Shown one piece after another: positions 60,480 to 64,000 of a stretch of DNA of 64,000 bases. This DNA is from Mollicutes bacterium (lineage in GTDB: Bacteria > Bacillota_I > Bacilli_A > RF39 > UBA660), in the NCBI GenBank assembly GCA_012799635.1, contig JAAZKW010000034.1, forward strand, positions 9,930 through 73,929, written 5' to 3'. The translations under genes were made by a program, and so were the position numbers. The notes beneath the pieces were generated by a model that was not told the DNA's origin, searched no databases, and saw only the letters and a list, made by a program, of their open reading frames with translations. Each line of letters begins with the position of its first letter. Position 1 is the first letter of the stretch.

Positions 60480-61595
60480 ATGAAAAAATTATTATCAAAG
60501 ATAAAATTAATTCAAGAATTATTAAAAGATTTATATGAACTAAGAAGATTAAACAATATCGAAAGTCCCGAACAAATTTTTTCGGTTGATTATGATCATC
60601 AACGATTATTATATTTATTGAACTTTTTAGGAATTAAACTTAACTTATCATCTCCTATTGATGAGGAAACAATTACAAATATTTTAAATTGTTTAAAAGA
60701 AGACTTTTACAAATTTGATATAATGTGGATAATGATGGTTTGCGTTTCAAATATTTACGCTAATAAGATAATAACTTTTGCAAATGAAGCTAACGGTAAT
60801 ATAAACATTGATTATTTTGATAACCTAAAATGTAAAGGTGATTATAATTCTTACGAACAATTATTTTATGAATTTATAGAAAGTCTTGGCAAAGAGATCT
60901 CTGATTTATATTATGATTTGTTAAAAAACAACCATATCCAATATATTAAAACAATCTCTGGTGGAAAACATATAAAAACTTTTGTTAATAATAAAAAGGT
61001 TATTTTGTTAAGAAAAAGGCTATCTCCTTCGGTAAATTTTCTTATTCTTTCTCATGAATTAGGACACGCATGGGATTCAAAAATCAGAAATAAAGATGTT
61101 TTTTCTTTTTATATAGGTGACTTATTTAGGGAGTTTCCTAGCGAATTATTTAGTGCGATGTTTATAAAGTTTTTAGAAAATCATTTCCCTAATGATGCTA
61201 AAGAATTAAAAGATGAGGAATTAGGAAGATTTTTTTACCTTTCCCTTCAAATTAACATTATTTACGAAATAATAATAAATCGTAATACCCTTGTTAATGA
61301 TACGATAGATACCTTAGTTAAAGAAACTAATAAACATTTTGAAAGTAATTATCCTGAAATAGCAAAAAAAGCAGAATCTTTTGAAAAATCTAGTTTATAT
61401 TATTTTTTGGGCATGCTACTTTCTAATGAATTAATTTGGCAATATGATGATTTTTCTACAATTTTAGAAATTGCTAAAAAATTTTTAAGAACAACAACTT
61501 TTAAAGATAAAAAAACAATATTAAAAGAAAATAATCTTATGAGTTTTGAATTACCTAGTTTAGAAGAAGCTTTCAAAAGAGCAAGGACAAATTAA
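60480..61595 (+). CDS. Hypothetical HExxH (zinc metallopeptidase-like) protein
   Basis: LILSHELGHAWD motif; a promoter-like TTGACT...TATAGA lies upstream. Confidence 0.35.
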   Translation: MKKLLSKIKLIQELLKDLYELRRLNNIESPEQIFSVDYDHQRLLYLLNFLGIKLNLSSPIDEETITNILNCLKEDFYKFDIMWIMMVCVSNIYANKIITFANEANGNINIDYFDNLKCKGDYNSYEQLFYEFIESLGKEISDLYYDLLKNNHIQYIKTISGGKHIKTFVNNKKVILLRKRLSPSVNFLILSHELGHAWDSKIRNKDVFSFYIGDLFREFPSELFSAMFIKFLENHFPNDAKELKDEELGRFFYLSLQINIIYEIIINRNTLVNDTIDTLVKETNKHFESNYPEIAKKAESFEKSSLYYFLGMLLSNELIWQYDDFSTILEIAKKFLRTTTFKDKKTILKENNLMSFELPSLEEAFKRARTN

Positions 61596-61601
61596 AACAA
61601 C

Positions 61602-61632
61602 AAAAAACTTGAAATCGCTTTCAAGTTTTTAT
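61602..61632. terminator. Bidirectional rho-independent terminator between convergent genes
   Basis: AAAAACTTGAAA-TCGC-TTTCAAGTTTTT. Confidence 0.7.
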
Positions 61633-62051
61633 TCTTTATGTTTAAGCATATTTAATAAATCAATTTTAAACATATCTTTTGAAGCATTTTCTTTTGAAAT
61701 TATTATTCCTTTATATGTTGTAAGTTCGCTTCTGTGGCCTTCAAGTAAGATACTTTCTGGAGTAATTGTTTCAAGAATAACTATATTCTCTTTTAGGTGA
61801 ACAGTATATATCAACTTAACTTCACCGTGTATTTGAGTAAATATCCTATCTGAAGGAAGTTTTAACTCATAAGTCTCAGTATCATTCTTTTTATCTGAAG
61901 ATACCATTTCACCAACAAAGTTTCCTCTTCTTAAGTCTTTGTAATAATCAAAGTTTAATTTCTTAAAAGCTATCTTATTATACTTCTTTAAAGACCTTTC
62001 TAACTTTCTATATTCGTTTTCATTAATGTAGTCAAGGACAAAACCTTTCAT
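61629..62051 (-). CDS. RelE/ParE-like (toxin-fold) hypothetical protein, about 140 aa
   Basis: The real start is MKGFVLDYI, preceded by a GGGGGTAGAGGGA RBS and a TTGACA-N17-TATACT promoter. The ORF-track start at 62087 lies inside that promoter. The C-terminus IYTVHLKENIVILETI...LLEGHRSEL resembles the RelE/ParE ...ILRIGHR... motif. Confidence 0.3.
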   Translation of the reverse strand: MKGFVLDYINENEYRKLERSLKKYNKIAFKKLNFDYYKDLRRGNFVGEMVSSDKKNDTETYELKLPSDRIFTQIHGEVKLIYTVHLKENIVILETITPESILLEGHRSELTTYKGIIISKENASKDMFKIDLLNMLKHKE

Positions 62052-62267
62052 TCCCTCTACCCCCTTAAAACACCATAAGTATAGCATATATTATTTATTT
62101 TGTCAAGTAAGTGTATAATGTTTTGTTAAACTTTGACTTTTAAAAATATTTATGTGTCTAATTTGTTTTAAAGACAATTTATGTCTGCATCTATAATGTC
62201 AATATAAATTATATTAAGTTAATTTATAAACATTGCGATTTATCAATAATTTTAATATAATGTTGTT

Positions 62268-63419
62268 ATGAGTAAAATAATTAATATAAATTTGTTTTTA
62301 TCTACTAATACCGTTTGTGAAGAACCTAGAATTTTAAATGTTTTTATGATAATAGGTTTTATTATAAATGTTTTTAAAATATTAATACCAATATTTTTAA
62401 TACTTATTAGCACTATCTCTTTAGTAAAAGTATTATTTAATAAAGATGAAATAACGCTTAATACTTTTTCTGATTTATTAATTAAAATAACGATTGGTCT
62501 GTTAATCTTTTTTATTCCTTCTTTAATAAAAGCTTCTTTTGTATTTATTAATAATCAAACAAAAGCTAACTTAAAAAGTAACTGCATTAAATGTCTTGAA
62601 GCACCCAATGATTGCCAAACAATGGTTACAAGTTTAAAAAGTTTAGAAGAAACAAATCTTTTAAATAAAAAAGATTATATCGATATTATTAAAGAAAGCG
62701 CCAGGAAAAAACAGGAAGAAAAATTGCAGGAAGCTGGAGAAAGTGTTAATGAAATAACCACTTTACCAACTACTTCCGATGATCCTAATAATAGAGTTAC
62801 TACATATGGCGAGGCAGGTGATTTGCCTAATGGAACTGTTATTGGCCAAAAATATCATTTAACGACAGCCCAACTTAAATTCTTAGCTATGATTGCTCAA
62901 AAAGAACAAGGGTCACTAGAAGGAACAAAAGCTGAAGCATCTTTAATGGCTAACCTTTTTGAAAGAAAACCAGAAAAAAATAAAGCAAAATATGGTTCTG
63001 GGGGACAAGGATTATATAATTATGTATTAAATAGTGGCTGGTTTTCTAATACTAAAAAATACTTAAATAATTATGGTAAATTAAAGAAAAGATCAATTGA
63101 TGTAGTAAAAGATGTCTTAGTTGGAGGTAATAGAACCCTACCACCATATGTAACAAATCATGATTGTCGTAATTGTTATGGCATTTGTTTTAATGGTATT
63201 AAAGGTGATATTTGTAAATTAGTTTTAGAGGGGAAAAAATATGAAACTATCAAAGATATTATGAATGATAATTTATATAAAAAAGATAAAACATATATTT
63301 ATAGTAGATATGGAGATGGTAAATCAAGATGGATTTTTTATTCATTTCCAACCCCCAAAAGTGATCCTTTTGGATATTATATTGGAGATTATCGTCGCTA
63401 TAAAAATAGTCAAAATTAG
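62268..63419 (+). CDS. Membrane protein: N-terminal TM/CxxC...C module plus a C-terminal soluble domain of unknown function
   Basis: KILIPIFLILI...IGLLIFFIPSLI...SNCIKCLEAPNDCQTM parallels 51661..52149. The C-terminus has further Cys pairs (HDCRNCYGICFNG...DICK). Confidence 0.35.
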   Translation: MSKIININLFLSTNTVCEEPRILNVFMIIGFIINVFKILIPIFLILISTISLVKVLFNKDEITLNTFSDLLIKITIGLLIFFIPSLIKASFVFINNQTKANLKSNCIKCLEAPNDCQTMVTSLKSLEETNLLNKKDYIDIIKESARKKQEEKLQEAGESVNEITTLPTTSDDPNNRVTTYGEAGDLPNGTVIGQKYHLTTAQLKFLAMIAQKEQGSLEGTKAEASLMANLFERKPEKNKAKYGSGGQGLYNYVLNSGWFSNTKKYLNNYGKLKKRSIDVVKDVLVGGNRTLPPYVTNHDCRNCYGICFNGIKGDICKLVLEGKKYETIKDIMNDNLYKKDKTYIYSRYGDGKSRWIFYSFPTPKSDPFGYYIGDYRRYKNSQN

Positions 63420-63427
63420 GAGTTTTT

Positions 63428-63982
63428 ATGAGAAAAATATTAATTATATTTACAATAATTATCATACTAGGAGTACTTTTATTATCCTTTGTTAATACTA
63501 ATGATAAAAAGATTATTGATAATTTAAAAACTAATAACTTTATTGCGATTGATAAAGATAATTATTATAAAAAAACTTTATCAAAAAGCACACTTGAAGT
63601 ATATAATAACAATGTTAAATCCAAAAAGGAAGATGATTATGAACAAATTACTTTTTCTTTAGAAAATTATACAGCTGAAAAACTACACTCTCATTATAAA
63701 GATGAAGTAGAAACTATTTATAATTCTAAATATAATTTTATTACTAATGAAATTACATATAAAATAAGATTTACTTATACAACTTTAAATGTGATTATAG
63801 TTGGAACATATAAGGATGATAAAAGAAATACTTGTAATATTGATTTTTCATATGATGCTAAAAAAGAAGTTCTAGAAGATGAACTATGTAATAAAGCTAA
63901 AGAATATAATAAAAAGTTTATTTCACAAATTAACTTGATATTTACTAATAATGATAAAAATATAATTAAGAAAGCTATATAA
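63428..63982 (+). CDS. Small membrane-anchored or secreted protein
   Basis: Signal/anchor MRKILIIFTIIIILGVLLLSFV. It starts 9 nt after the preceding gene. Confidence 0.3.
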   Translation: MRKILIIFTIIIILGVLLLSFVNTNDKKIIDNLKTNNFIAIDKDNYYKKTLSKSTLEVYNNNVKSKKEDDYEQITFSLENYTAEKLHSHYKDEVETIYNSKYNFITNEITYKIRFTYTTLNVIIVGTYKDDKRNTCNIDFSYDAKKEVLEDELCNKAKEYNKKFISQINLIFTNNDKNIIKKAI

Positions 63983-64000
63983 TTCTTTTAGTTTTTCATA

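Noticed and set aside
1-64000. CRISPR arrays, IS elements, integrases or prophage blocks
   Set aside because: I found no regularly spaced direct repeats, no transposase or integrase-like ORFs, and no phage structural gene runs. The only large repeats are the tandem paralogs at 20829-23357 and the intragenic protein repeats.

Overview
Overall picture. The window is low-GC (roughly 25-30% G+C) and uses the standard genetic code: long ORFs contain no in-frame TGA, and Trp is TGG. The gene content and local syntenies are those of a cell-wall-bearing Firmicute, most plausibly Erysipelotrichia- or Clostridia-like. Examples are fmt-rlmN-stp-prkC-rsgA-rpe, sepF-divIVA, cdsA-rseP, lexA lying near tkt and yneF, murC, and a T-box leader on ileS. 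Most genes are on the minus strand. Recognisable housekeeping genes are: the ppdK 5' fragment, der, engB, a cyclophilin lipoprotein, ileS with its T-box leader, yneF, tkt, lexA, rpe, rsgA, prkC, stp, rlmN, fmt, frr, murC, addB/addA, dusB, an alkD-like gene, a DUF218 gene, a DUF368 gene, rmuC, a vanY-like gene, miaA, tmcAL, tRNA-Arg(CCG), rseP, cdsA, a divIVA-like gene and sepF. Interspersed among these are accessory or surface-associated islands. (i) 3.0-11.6 kb: a complete Tad/Cpa-type pilus-secretion module (two TadE-like pseudopilins, a CpaE/TadZ-like ParA ATPase, the CpaF/TadA ATPase, TadB and TadC). It is followed in the same operon by a beta-lactamase-fold serine hydrolase and two large single-pass membrane proteins built from a repeated Cys-pair module. 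There is no Flp pilin and no prepilin peptidase. The whole thing is wedged between engB and a cyclophilin gene, and an orphan type IV-like prepilin sits between der and engB. (ii) 20.2-24.9 kb: a surface-protein cluster divergent from lexA, at the position yneA occupies in Bacillus. It comprises a Listeria-Bacteroides-repeat protein whose signal peptide is split from its body by a 7-A homopolymer frameshift (a phase-variation candidate), two tandem paralogous secreted ~419-aa proteins, a rho-independent terminator, and a second type IV-like prepilin with a Cys-rich tail. (iii) Scattered small genes: an RNHCP-type Cys-rich protein, a DUF4406-like protein, a PduL-like protein, a RelE/ParE-like ORF whose called start is an artefact, and two unlinked membrane proteins that share a CxxC...C N-terminal module. 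I saw no CRISPR array, IS element, transposase, integrase or rRNA. I could run no database searches. All family assignments come from motifs I recognise by eye in the provided translations, and my manual coordinates may be off by 1-2 nt.
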